A stretch of 64,000 nt of DNA, taken from the NCBI GenBank assembly GCA_977017575.1, contig CDRNVI010000066.1, positions 186,001-250,000 on the forward strand. Reading direction: 5' to 3'. Positions within the stretch are counted from its first letter, which is position 1; each line of letters starts with the position of its first letter. The notes beneath the pieces were generated by a model. That model worked only from the letters and a program-made list of their open reading frames with translations, did not search any database and had not been told where the DNA came from. The DNA is from Paramoeba atlantica (taxonomy: Eukaryota; Protista; Discosea). Of this stretch, positions 10,567-20,852 are shown piece by piece. A program made the position numbers and the translations under genes.

Positions 10567-10901
10567 CAGTGCGGGGCTTTAATACGGGACGGGCTAATTA
10601 AGGGACACCCCCCATCAGGGCCAAAGTGTCCCGTAATTAACCGTCCCTTAATTCTCCATTTTGTTTTCTAAGGATCTACTATACCTTTTTCTTTCAATTA
10701 TCTTCCTTTATTTACCTTCTTTTTGCTCAGGTTTCTTACAAATACATTTTTATGTGTGCCTGATAACTTGCGCGCTCTGTTACTTGGGCGCTACAATCGT
10801 AGTTCTTTTGTCCCATTCCAAAGGTGTATGACCCCACCCCTATATTGTCCCTTAAATACCCGCCTCGTAAGTAACCCGTCCCGTAATAACACCACGCACT
10901 G
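10567..10901. mobile_element. MITE, 335 bp, TA TSD, Tc1-type CAGTGC ends
   Basis: Left TA|CAGTGCGGGGCTTTAATACGGGACGGG; right (rc) TA|CAGTGCGTGGTGTTATTACGGGACGGG. Confidence 0.8.
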
Positions 10902-10926
10902 TAATTTTTATACTCTTTTAGATACT

Positions 10927-10985
10927 TTTTATACTTTTTAGATCTACTCGACACTTGAGTTGAGTAGATCTAAAAAACTATAAAA
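10927..10985. repeat. Long hairpin (15-bp perfect core, about 23-bp arms)
   Basis: TTTTTAGATCTACTC (10935-10949) pairs with GAGTAGATCTAAAAA (10962-10976). Confidence 0.85.
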
Positions 10986-11460
10986 TTGAGCATTGAAAAA
11001 TAGCGCAGCATTGCAGGAAGTATAAAAAGTCTGGGTCAAGTGACATAAAAATGCACCCCAAAAAAGGTATTTTTTGAGTACTGGTTTTCAATACCCCATG
11101 TATGCCAAATGGTAAAATAATAGATTTTAAGATATTGCACGCCATTAGTCGTCGTCAGGGGGCACGTTGCCCAGGATTAATAAAGAAGTTCAATCGACGC
11201 TTGCTCCCATCTGCCAATCATTTTAACAAATTTTATAACAAAATCTGCCCCGAGGTGCAGTGAAGTGAAGGATACCGGGTTCTTGAAAACGCTGCCCCCC
11301 TCAGGAGGTTGTGCCTCCTTTGGCAAGTTGCCATCTTCCATCAAGGGTGGCACGCCAGGCTCCTCACAGGCGGTTTAGTGAGAAATTTTTCATTGAGCTC
11401 ATAGTTCAAATAATAATTTATGGGTCATACCAATCAGGGGCTGCGGGTGAGGCCCAGGGC

Positions 11461-11570
11461 GAGATCACGTGAGATCACGCGAGATCAGTGAGATGACGCG
11501 AGATCTTTCGATAGCGAATTTGGATCGGGAGGGTGGTTGGACGACCTCAAAAAGAGATCGCGTGAGATCA
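11461..11570 (+). repeat. Degenerate GAGATCACGC 10-mer array
   Basis: gagatcacgt gagatcacgc gagatcagt gagatgacgc gagatc, plus two more units near 11554-11570. Confidence 0.75.
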
Positions 11571-11742
11571 TACTCGCGGCCCCTCAAATGTAAAGTGGAT
11601 TGGACAAATCTAAAGCGGGTCGAATAAATCTAAGGTGGTTCAAAAAAATCTAAGCTGTATCGAATTTCTGACTGACTGAAAGACATGGCACGAGTAAAAA
11701 TCTGTCTCAGGGGCAATCGCGTGTTTTACACTGGGTCGTATA

Positions 11743-12693
11743 TTAAGCCTGATTATGAAAAGTCGTTCTCAATTTTTGAAAGATGGACATTGTAAGGGCG
11801 GCATTCGGAGCCGAAAATAACACCCGAGCATACCAGCCGCGATATAATCTTTTGAATCCTTCTTCATGCATCACTGATAGAAGGGCATTGAAAATTCCTG
11901 AATATTTGAACTTAAACTGGTGTGAAAGTACTACTTGTCCGCGGCCATCTAGAAGATGGGTTCTCTGAATTTGTAGCCGAATCTTGATAACATCCAAAGG
12001 ACAAGTGATTCCCGATGCTAACGCATTCGCTACCAAAGCACTTCTCATGTTTGATGCAAAACTCTTACACGCGTCATCATTCGTAAAAAGGGTTTGCAAC
12101 GTCTCGTAAAATGCAAAATAAAGAGCTGAAGTTGGTGCGTAGCAAAGTAAAGTTGACCAATATCCTCTATAAAGACCGACGATGCCCTCTGCCTTGATGC
12201 ACGTACAGAGAGCGTTCCACGAGCCCCGGTAGCCGTATTTCGTGTCGCGTGTTTGACACTGTAGCCTTTCCTTAAGAACATCAACAGGTACCCATAATAC
12301 ACAACTAATCGCTTCAGCAAAACATCCGCTTGCGAGTGAGATCGCAAAGGCGTTGGCATAATGTATCTGGTATACAAACCGGGATGATTGCAGATTACAA
12401 TCAGTATGTGAATACTCCAAAAGAGTTCGACGGCATATTTCGTAGGTTGACAAGTACAAGCATACACCCGGAGCACTCCCACAAACTGCGATACCAAAGC
12501 CACGGTAAAAGCCCTTCAAGCCTTCCTCTTGCCAAAGTCTATGTATCATTTGAGATAATGTAAACGAAGAAACTTGGCATGACATACTTCGCGCTTTAAT
12601 TGTATCGAACGGATGAAGAGGAATCACAGCTAAAATACCGGATAACGCGGAGGCAACGACATCGGAACTGAAAGATACTTCGTTGTTATTCAT
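11743..12693 (-). CDS. Mitochondrial carrier family (SLC25) protein
   Basis: Three PX[DE]XX[KR] signatures: PFDTIKAR, PVDVLKER, PLDVIKIR. Confidence 0.93.
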   Translation of the reverse strand: MNNNEVSFSSDVVASALSGILAVIPLHPFDTIKARSMSCQVSSFTLSQMIHRLWQEEGLKGFYRGFGIAVCGSAPGVCLYLSTYEICRRTLLEYSHTDCNLQSSRFVYQIHYANAFAISLASGCFAEAISCVLWVPVDVLKERLQCQTRDTKYGYRGSWNALCTCIKAEGIVGLYRGYWSTLLCYAPTSALYFAFYETLQTLFTNDDACKSFASNMRSALVANALASGITCPLDVIKIRLQIQRTHLLDGRGQVVLSHQFKFKYSGIFNALLSVMHEEGFKRLYRGWYARVLFSAPNAALTMSIFQKLRTTFHNQA

Positions 12694-12997
12694 GGTGCAG
12701 CCGCGAGATCTCTGTCTTGTATTCCAACGTTACTCGGAGTAACGTTGGATGGAAGTAACTCCCATATGTATGAGCTTCGTTTATAGTATGATGAGTTGTG
12801 TTGTAGCACTTTTAGCGGGAACTTGTTTCCCCGTCATTCATTTTCAATGTCAGAAAAGTATCAACAAAAACATGGGAGTTAAAAAAATCACTACGACTGC
12901 GTTGTACGCCCTTGACTAAAAAAAACAAGTGCGATATGCAGAGGAACGCAAGAAAGAAAAACAAATAAAAAAAAGTTCGAATAGAAAGAATTTGACG

Positions 12998-14218
12998 CTA
13001 AGCAGGCCCGTTCTCGACTCTGGGAGGTGGCGGCAAACACGCAGAGGTGGAGAGTCCTTCAGTAAGCTTCCACGCACAGACTGCAGCCGCAACCTTCACT
13101 CGTACGTCAGACTCGCGAATATCATGAAAACCTTTGACCGAGCCCTGTTGCTTCGTGTTAAAATTCTCCTCCAAGTGACTAAGTCGCAACATTTCATTAG
13201 TTGAAAGAAGTGAGCCGTTCGTAAACAGCACCGCAAGAGGGAGAATCAAAGATGCGGTATATTGCACCAGAATACAAAGAGAAACTGCCTGAAATGAATT
13301 AAGATCCAGCTCACGCAACACGCCTTGCACCTTAGACATAGTCCCTGGCGAAATATTCGGATACCGCAGCTTTTCAACCCGAGGGAGGGTAGCGACTTCA
13401 AAGGTGCGTTCAAACCAGTCATGAATCGGTGCGAAACAGCGATCTTGCTCTTCTTCTAATGGAGAGCACCTGAAAAATGTGTTGTCGCTGCGTAGGAAGC
13501 CGGCAATATAGTCCACACGTGGGGCTATCCCACCGGGTCCGACATGATACATTGCAGCGGAGGCTATGTCCGTCAGAGGCATCAATGTTTTGTCCAACAC
13601 GTCTTGCTGAGTAGCCCACTCTCGAGCAACTGCAAAGGCGTAATCCTTTGTCGGTAGCAATAAATTTACTTTCGGAGTTGTCTCAAATGCCTTAACAAAG
13701 CGACCATCCACCTGTACACCATGAAAAGAACTGCTATGATTCCCTAGCTCTTCCTGAGATGTATTTTTGTGAGTGATAGGAACAACGGAGACCGATTTCC
13801 AAAAGATTTTTGCGGCAACTCCACCTGACTGAGTACTATCCTTCGTGGAGATATCCATTTGAAACAGATTGTCTTGGTTGAGTATGCGCTCTTCTCTTTC
13901 CGTCCGTTGAAGCGTCTCGCGTTCCACTTTACTGAATTGTTGGGGTGTAAGCTTTGACAAAATATCCGGGAAAACCGCTTGTGAATTCGTACTACCCGCT
14001 TCTGTCACTTGCGGCACTGCTTTTAGACCGTTTCTAATCTTTTCTGCTGCGGCAAGTATATTCGTAGCTCGTGTGGGGGAACTTTTTTCAGAGGCTAGAG
14101 ACACTGGTGAAATACTGGATTTCGTCGTACAATACGGTCGCAGAATATGACAATAATCGTATTTTACAGGTGCAAGGGTAGACAAACACCTTAAGGGCTT
14201 GGTCGAATAAAATTTCAT
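12998..14218 (-). CDS. ATP12: ATP12 / ATPAF2, F1-ATPase assembly chaperone
   Basis: HGVQVDGR...LLLPTKDYAFAVAREWATQQDVLDKTLMPLTDIAS and LEENFNTKQQGSVKGFHD. ATG 14218 gives a presequence-like start; the ORF-track start 14287 is TTG. Confidence 0.85.
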   Translation of the reverse strand: MKFYSTKPLRCLSTLAPVKYDYCHILRPYCTTKSSISPVSLASEKSSPTRATNILAAAEKIRNGLKAVPQVTEAGSTNSQAVFPDILSKLTPQQFSKVERETLQRTEREERILNQDNLFQMDISTKDSTQSGGVAAKIFWKSVSVVPITHKNTSQEELGNHSSSFHGVQVDGRFVKAFETTPKVNLLLPTKDYAFAVAREWATQQDVLDKTLMPLTDIASAAMYHVGPGGIAPRVDYIAGFLRSDNTFFRCSPLEEEQDRCFAPIHDWFERTFEVATLPRVEKLRYPNISPGTMSKVQGVLRELDLNSFQAVSLCILVQYTASLILPLAVLFTNGSLLSTNEMLRLSHLEENFNTKQQGSVKGFHDIRESDVRVKVAAAVCAWKLTEGLSTSACLPPPPRVENGPA

Positions 14219-14737
14219 GGCAAAGAGTTCGGTAAAGTAAAAGGAAATAGCTACATTTCTTAAATTCTTCTCTTGAGGCGTGACCAAATACAGACTCTTT
14301 CAAACTCCAATTATTCAACCAATAAGAACTCTAAATATTGCTTGACAAGTCTGAGACAACGTTTCGTGAATCTTAAACTTGCATGCAAATTTCCCGTGCA
14401 AACCGGGCAAATTATTTCTGTTTTTGCTTCATGCGATTGCTGATGCACTTTCATAAGCATTTTAATGCCTTTGACAACTTACTAAAGACAAGAAAGAACA
14501 GAGCACAGGTGTTGACTATCTGATAAACTGCGACTACATATTGGCGAAACAGTGAGAAAACACAACAGTGCGAGTGACATACATACATGGTAGCTAAATA
14601 CCAAAAACATCATACTTGAGAATCTCGTGTGAGAAAAACGGTGAAGCCCTGATCTCCTATCTCCAGTCCTCCGATCCAATGGCACAGCGTTATCCGGGGG
14701 CCCTTCCTCCGAGACCCCTTTACATCGACCGTGAAAT

Positions 14738-16567
14738 CTAGTCCTCAGAAAGTCCTCTTCCCCTCCCTCTCCCCCTTCCACCTCCCTTTCCCCTTTTCCC
14801 TCCGCGGGCCTGTCGACTCTCCGCGTGATGTCGTTTCCCGCGACCACGCGCGTCGGCACCACCCTTTCTCCAGGGGCTTCGGGAATCTCTCTCCCCCCTC
14901 CACTCCCCCCTTGGAGGTGACAACCCCCATCCTCGAGGTCGGCTTCTCCTCCTCCCCCTCGTCTCCTCCCGATCCTCCCATGGTGGACAAGGTCTTTCCC
15001 TATGGCTATAAGAGTCGACACTACCCTGTCTCTTGGGACTACGGGAATCCCCCCTCCCCTTTGGAGGTGAAGGCCACCCCCATCCTCGAGGTGGACTCCT
15101 TCCCCCTCTTCTTTCCCATCCCCTTCCCCTCTCCTCCTGATCCTCCCACGGAGGACACTGTCGTTCCCGAGGAACACGCGAGTCAACACTTTCCCTTCTC
15201 CGGGGACTTCGGAAATCCCTTCCCGCCCTTCGGGGTGAGCACAAGCCCCATCCTCGAGGTGGGCTTCTCTCCCCCCTTGGAGGTGAAGGCGGCCCCCATC
15301 CTTGTGGTGGGCTTCTTCGCGGTGGGCTTCTCTCCTCCCTTGGAGGTGAAGGCGGTCCCCATCCTCGAGGTGGGCTTCTTCGTGGTGGGCTTCTCTCCCC
15401 CCTTGGAGGTGAAGGCGGCCCCCATCCTCGTGGTGGGCTTCTTCGCCGTGGGCTTCTCTCCCCCCTTGGAGGGGAAGGCGGCCCCCATCCTCGGGGTGGG
15501 CTTCTTCGTGGTGGGCTTCTCTCCCCCCTTGGAGGTGAAGGCGGACCCCATCCTCGGGGTGGACTTCTCTCCCCCCTTGGAGGGGAAGACAACCTCCACC
15601 CTCGAGGGGGGCTCCTTCCCCCTCTCCCTCTTCCCCTTCGTCTTCCCCCTCCTCTCCCTCCCCCCCTCCCCTCTCTCTCCTCCTCCCACAAAGGACCCCC
15701 ACACGCCTCCCCGGGCGCACACCTCCATCGGTGGTTCACGAACTCCATCACGTGTAGCGGTCGCTCCCTCCCGTGGAACGCACACCGTACCCGGTCACAG
15801 TCCCGTATGAGAAGATCCCTGCCTCCCCTACTACCGGATCTGTCACGGGATTGGACAATGGTGAAGTACACAGAAGGATGGTGAGAAGTGGGGGGGTGGA
15901 AGGGAGAGAGGGTTCTTCCTCTTGTTTCCCTACTTGGACTTCGATTTCCGCTTCTACCTCTTCCTGTTCTGTTATCCGAAGGGAAGGGATGAGACGGGGA
16001 GAAACGCGGGGAGTGTCGGGAAGGAAGGGGGTCCCTGTGCGAATCGTTGGGTCGGGGTATGTATCGTGTAGATGGGTTCGTGTAACATTGTGGAGAGGAG
16101 AGGGATGGGTTTCGTCGGGGTTCAAAGTCGGGGTGCTCTGGGTGCTTGTGGGTAGCGCTGGATGTACGGGGTGAGGAAGGAGTTGATGGGGGGTTGGGCG
16201 CACAGATTGGGGAACGTTCAATAGATGTGGTGGGGAGGGGAGGGGAAATACCGGAAGAAATGGCACAAGGGTTGTCAAGGGTGCAGGTGTAGACAGAGCC
16301 GTAGGGTGTGGATTGGAGCTGGAGGTCGTGAACGGGTCGTGGTATGTGGTGGGCGGAGCACAGAATGGTGTCGAGGAGATTGGGTGGGGAAGGTTGAGTA
16401 TGGGTGGTGGTGTTAGTGGTTTCGGATTTTAGCTTTTCTGGCTCCGCAGGTGTCTCCTCGCGGTAACAGTGGTGTTCGGGGAGACAACGCAGTCGACCGG
16501 TACCCTCGGGGTCGTGGAGGCGATCGGTGGAGCGGATGCGTCCGTGTATGAAACAATATTTGAACAT
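14738..16567 (-). CDS. Protein with three C-x2-H...C-x5-C putative zinc fingers and an Arg/Ser/Pro (RRSPPR) repeat tail
   Basis: Fingers at 16466-16555, 16265-16360 and 15701-15784. ATG 16567 follows a pyrimidine tract and AG. Differences between repeat units are mostly synonymous in this frame. Confidence 0.7.
   Translation of the reverse strand: MFKYCFIHGRIRSTDRLHDPEGTGRLRCLPEHHCYREETPAEPEKLKSETTNTTTHTQPSPPNLLDTILCSAHHIPRPVHDLQLQSTPYGSVYTCTLDNPCAISSGISPPLPTTSIERSPICAPNPPSTPSSPRTSSATHKHPEHPDFEPRRNPSLSSPQCYTNPSTRYIPRPNDSHRDPLPSRHSPRFSPSHPFPSDNRTGRGRSGNRSPSRETRGRTLSPFHPPTSHHPSVYFTIVQSRDRSGSRGGRDLLIRDCDRVRCAFHGRERPLHVMEFVNHRWRCAPGEACGGPLWEEEREGRGGGRGGGRRRGRGRGGRSPPRGWRLSSPPRGERSPPRGWGPPSPPRGERSPPRRSPPRGWGPPSPPRGERSPRRRSPPRGWGPPSPPRGERSPPRRSPPRGWGPPSPPREERSPPRRSPPQGWGPPSPPRGERSPPRGWGLCSPRRAGRDFRSPRRRESVDSRVPRERQCPPWEDQEERGRGWERRGGRSPPRGWGWPSPPKGRGDSRSPKRQGSVDSYSHRERPCPPWEDREETRGRRRSRPRGWGLSPPRGEWRGERDSRSPWRKGGADARGRGKRHHAESRQARGGKRGKGGGRGRGRGRGLSED
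15246..15590 (-). repeat. 63-bp coding tandem repeat (21 aa, RGERSPPRRSPPRGWGPPSPP)
   Basis: CCCATC anchors at 15295, 15358, 15421, 15484 and 15547; degenerate units also near 14900 and 15050. Confidence 0.9.
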
Positions 16568-16785
16568 CAAGAGTAAAATACAGAAGATGAGTGCCTCTTT
16601 GTCAAAAGAAAAAGAATCCATAGTTACACAATGTGTCTTTACGCGTAATTTTAATATATGATTATTTTTAAGAGCTTTCATAAACAGTATCAGAGTGGAG
16701 ATCTAGTACAATATGTTTCTTATCACTTGGTGAAGTACATGCTTTATTGCCTACTTTACTTGCAGCTCATCTTACATAGTTCGTC

Positions 16786-17424
16786 TTATTTTTTCTTGCT
16801 CTTCTTCTCGGTCTTCTTCAAATAGAATTGAAGCTCTGTACCCTCCAGGAGTTGTCCATCCGAACGTCCAACTTGACCAGGACGCGAAGTGATCTTTGCA
16901 AGCACACGACCAACGCGAAATTGGTGTTCCAATGTCTTGTCCAGATGAACAGCGCGCTTGGAGTGTTGGGACAGGACACGTTGACGAGACTTCGGGAGAG
17001 ATGCGGCCTCCTCCTTGTGAGTGGCATCCTTACTCTCTCCTTCGCTCTTCTTCTTACCCAGGTGTACCCCGTAGAACTTGAAGTACCAGTCTCGAAATGG
17101 GGCGGCATCAACAGAGACGACGCAACCCTTCACGAGGGTCTTTGTTCGGATGAGCTCATTAGACGTCGCGTTGTAGACCACGTCAAGAATTTTGCATCGC
17201 CTGGTGATAGTTTCGGAACCCCACGCGAAGTTCCCTTCGTGAAGTCGCAGGGCTCGAAACTTTGTGTTTCCTCCTCGAACCCGTACTTTACGGACACGAG
17301 TTTCGGGTAGCAGACGAGTGTTTGCCGGTAGTCGAGCAAGTTCGTACTTCTTCTTCTTGCGGTGGACCGACATTTTTCCTCCGGAAACACGTCTCTTGTG
17401 GAGACGAGAGCGTGTAAGGCCCAT
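16786..17424 (-). CDS. RPS8: 40S ribosomal protein S8 (eS8)
   Basis: MGLTRSRLHKRRVSGGK...ILDVVYNATSNELIRTKTLVK...SRPGQVGRSDGQLLEG. Confidence 0.98.
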   Translation of the reverse strand: MGLTRSRLHKRRVSGGKMSVHRKKKKYELARLPANTRLLPETRVRKVRVRGGNTKFRALRLHEGNFAWGSETITRRCKILDVVYNATSNELIRTKTLVKGCVVSVDAAPFRDWYFKFYGVHLGKKKSEGESKDATHKEEAASLPKSRQRVLSQHSKRAVHLDKTLEHQFRVGRVLAKITSRPGQVGRSDGQLLEGTELQFYLKKTEKKSKKK

Positions 17425-17551
17425 GTGAAGCTAAGAAAAAATACAAGAAAAGAAACTCTAAATAGTTTTCAATCCGTTTTATTTGTTCATTTACAGTATT
17501 CAAGCATTTGTGTTGAAAAACGTGAAATGTGGTGAAACAAAGAGACACATA

Positions 17552-20320
17552 TCAATCTTTTTCGTTTACATCCCCAGTAGTATGCAAAGCCTCATACAGA
17601 ATGATTGCGTCACTCTGACTAACAGAGGCGCACAAGTCTGTTTTGGAGGCTCTAGCAAGGTGTCGCAAGGTTGGAAAATGTCGAACGATACCTGAAACGT
17701 TCGTCCTGGATACACCAGGTAGTTTCATAAGAAGCTCAAGAGCGGAAGTGGAAGAAGGAGACTCGGCGTCGCTGTCGTCGACAGACTTAAGACTTAGCAC
17801 TCTCCCTGCAACTTGCTTTGCTGCAGTCGATGTAGCTTCGTTAATAACGATACCTTTATCTTCGGGGATCGCTGGCTCTGGGAGGCCTTTCTTGATTGTC
17901 TGAAACAGGCGGGCTGAATCAGCACCTCCCAAAGTCCAGAACACGCGTAGAGTGGGAAACCTTACTGCCAGCAACGCCAGCCGATCAATCATCTTTTCGT
18001 CTCGAAGAAGAGCAGAAACCACACGATCTTGCGTCATGGCAGGATGTTCTCCCGTTAGAGTTTCTTTCTGGAATCCTGAGTACCAGCGATCAGCTGAACT
18101 AGCTGCAGCTTCAATTAGCAGAACGCAGGCCGAATAACTTTTCGACATTTCAACCAGTTGGTCATACAGGCGTCCACTAAAAAGCGACGTTTCCAGATCT
18201 ACAGCAGATTTTCTTTCAACAGCAATGTCCCCCGAAAGCAAATAGTCTCCACATTTTAACGTTCGGGGAACAACCTTAAAATTTGTGGTTCGACAGAGGT
18301 GGTAGGGTAAATTGCTTCGAAATTCTCTCTCATCGACTATTATGATACCACTACCAAGAAACGCAGAGCTTTTTTTCTCAGAAGGACTGGTATTTGAATT
18401 CGTCACATCCTGGGTGGAGGAATATTTCTGAGGTTGTGTATCGTCATCTGCACCTACAGCCTCTTGTTCTGTTGGCGTTTTCTTGGTAAATTCGCTCGAA
18501 GTATCCACCATGCCATCCAGAGTAATTGTTGTCAACTCTTCTGTGCCACAAGAAGCTGGAATGTCAACTGAGGGAAGGACAAGGTTGGACTTCGATGCCA
18601 CAAGTTCTTGAAATGCTTCACGTTCCGATTTCACGGCGTGAAGGTATAACATTTGCTCTATACTTCCATCGTAAGACACGGCGAACACATGGAGTTCCAT
18701 TGCAGGGGCTAATGCCTGGGCTACTTCCAGGCGTCGTACTGTTGCGAGATCGATCCCGCAAAGAATAATACTATCGATTAGTGCAAGATTCTTATTCTGG
18801 GACAATAAAGAGCCACCAGAGATTCCATTTTTATCGTTTTCCAACAAAGCACTCTTGTTTACACTGAGCAGATTAGAGTCAGCATATTCTGCAATATCAT
18901 AGAAAATATGTTCATCATGTTGTCTCCATCCAAAAGTGAGCGGGAGTTCCCGACACACACCGTAACACGCAGAGGAGGAAGTAAACTTCTGAAGAGCGTA
19001 TGCAGGACTCCAATCCCCGTCATAGTCGCCCCCCATGTTACCATCCTGAACTGAGGATGAAACCATCGGGCTTGTCCCCGACCAACCTGACAACACCACC
19101 AAGCCATGTCGTCCTTGCCTCTCAAGTTTACGCAAGATAGAGAGAACGGCGCGCTCTTTTGAAACAAAGTCGCCTTGAAATCTATCTTGTGAAGGATCCT
19201 TGTCCTTCGATGTTTTGACCCGTTTTGCTACCGTGCCGTCGTCTTCCTCCTTTTGTTGATTTTGCTCATACGCACGTTTCCAGTCATGTGCAGCAGGTAT
19301 GAGTCGGTGAGCTTGTTTGCAATGAAGCCATGAGGCGACATGAACACCGTCTTGTCGCGCAATAGACAGAAAATTTTCACAGTATCTTTGAAAAAGAGGT
19401 GGTGGCAAAAGATAAAGTTTGTGCAACAAACTAACGATATCTTCAAGGGACTCCAGCAGTGAGTACATCGCGCTCGACCAAACGCCTTTCATACTTTTTG
19501 CTCGTCCGCGCGAGGCATTCATGGCTTTCCGACAGCTCCTGAAGAGGACACCGGACACTGCGTGTTCAATCGACAACTCTTCGTTGTTCAAACAACCACT
19601 TGAACTTGTCCGTGTCCTGAGATCGTGAATCAGTTCCGTAATCATAGAGAGCAAAGTCGTTTGTACGGCTCGCATGGCAGGAGGCATTGAGACACGAACC
19701 TCTGTGAATAGAATAGGCTTTTTCTCTAACGATTTCTTCAGCGAGACGTGAAAACGTGGGTAGAGATACACCTCCGAGCAGTGTAACACAGAGGACATGA
19801 TCTGGGCCAGACGACCAGGACCGATGAATGCCTCTGGGGTCTCAGATAGAGCACAGAAAAAAACACGATTTCCGCTGATTTGACGTAAATAGTGAAGTAA
19901 AAAGAGCTCCGATCCGCTGTCGGCATTAACGAGGGAATGCGCACGTAGCATTACAATTCCCTGCACCCGGAGTGGCGAGATGCGCTCATGCAAAATATCC
20001 ATGAGAATAGGTTTCGCACTATACAAAACAAATATTCCTCCTTTATGATACATATCCACCCGATCGCGAATGCTGGAAGTCGACGTAATCACATGCACCA
20101 GTGCCTTGGAGTCCTCTTCTCGAATGTATTTAGCCACACAGTGAAGTATACGCTCCTCATCGGAGAGACCTAAAACGACCAGAAAGTGACGCGCATCTTG
20201 ATAGCCACGGCATAAGTGGCATACAACGTGCTCGACGCCAATCCCCCGAGCCGTGATAAGCAAGCTGCTTCGACCAATAGCTTTTTCTAGAATTTCACTA
20301 TAGTGAGACGCAAAGTGCAT
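17552..20320 (-). CDS. ERCC4: DNA repair endonuclease XPF/RAD1 (ERCC4)
   Basis: Inactive helicase-like N-terminus, nuclease motifs IIVDEREFRS and GDYLLSGDIAVERKS, and a C-terminal HhH (KLPGVS). Confidence 0.93.
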   Translation of the reverse strand: MHFASHYSEILEKAIGRSSLLITARGIGVEHVVCHLCRGYQDARHFLVVLGLSDEERILHCVAKYIREEDSKALVHVITSTSSIRDRVDMYHKGGIFVLYSAKPILMDILHERISPLRVQGIVMLRAHSLVNADSGSELFLLHYLRQISGNRVFFCALSETPEAFIGPGRLAQIMSSVLHCSEVYLYPRFHVSLKKSLEKKPILFTEVRVSMPPAMRAVQTTLLSMITELIHDLRTRTSSSGCLNNEELSIEHAVSGVLFRSCRKAMNASRGRAKSMKGVWSSAMYSLLESLEDIVSLLHKLYLLPPPLFQRYCENFLSIARQDGVHVASWLHCKQAHRLIPAAHDWKRAYEQNQQKEEDDGTVAKRVKTSKDKDPSQDRFQGDFVSKERAVLSILRKLERQGRHGLVVLSGWSGTSPMVSSSVQDGNMGGDYDGDWSPAYALQKFTSSSACYGVCRELPLTFGWRQHDEHIFYDIAEYADSNLLSVNKSALLENDKNGISGGSLLSQNKNLALIDSIILCGIDLATVRRLEVAQALAPAMELHVFAVSYDGSIEQMLYLHAVKSEREAFQELVASKSNLVLPSVDIPASCGTEELTTITLDGMVDTSSEFTKKTPTEQEAVGADDDTQPQKYSSTQDVTNSNTSPSEKKSSAFLGSGIIIVDEREFRSNLPYHLCRTTNFKVVPRTLKCGDYLLSGDIAVERKSAVDLETSLFSGRLYDQLVEMSKSYSACVLLIEAAASSADRWYSGFQKETLTGEHPAMTQDRVVSALLRDEKMIDRLALLAVRFPTLRVFWTLGGADSARLFQTIKKGLPEPAIPEDKGIVINEATSTAAKQVAGRVLSLKSVDDSDAESPSSTSALELLMKLPGVSRTNVSGIVRHFPTLRHLARASKTDLCASVSQSDAIILYEALHTTGDVNEKD

Positions 20321-20852
20321 CAGGGAGTGCTATTTTCACACGTATTTTTCCCACATGTATTTTCACATGTGGGATATGTACAAAAACAATTTCACGTGGA
20401 TTACGTACTGCATTCTGTGAATTATTCAACGTAACGCAGACAGGGTCTAGCCGTAGTATCTGCTGTGCGTGTCGTGATCATTGGATAAAACAAATAAAAT
20501 CTCTAAACAGATTGATTGATGGAAGATCAGATACGCTATTCTGTTTAATTAATGTAGCGCTCGCAATGCTCTTAAAAATATGGTCATTGGGCACCATTAT
20601 AATTCAATTAACCTTAATATTTTATTATGATTATGGTGAGTGCAAGTATTTAATATACTTGCCTTCTTATTATTCGCTACTTACTCGTTCTACTTATTCG
20701 CCTTCTTCGTTACTCGTTAGAACAATAAAATTTACAAGAATCTAAAAGATTCTTCTTCTAAGACTAACCTAAAGTATTTGTACAAAATTTGGTGGGTCTC
20801 CTAGAACGAAATGCTACATGAGTCTACAAGTTGGGAATTCCGAACAGATATT

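Noticed and set aside
11437-11584. Possible hAT-like element (CAGGGG start)
   Set aside because: The right end is CCCCTC rather than CCCCTG and there is no 8-bp TSD.
14482-15810. Alternative long ORFs 14482-15720 (-), 14731-15810 (+) and 15183-15785 (-)
   Set aside because: Shadows of a stop-free GC-rich repeat; synonymous variation and the Cys/His motifs favour the 14738-16567 frame.
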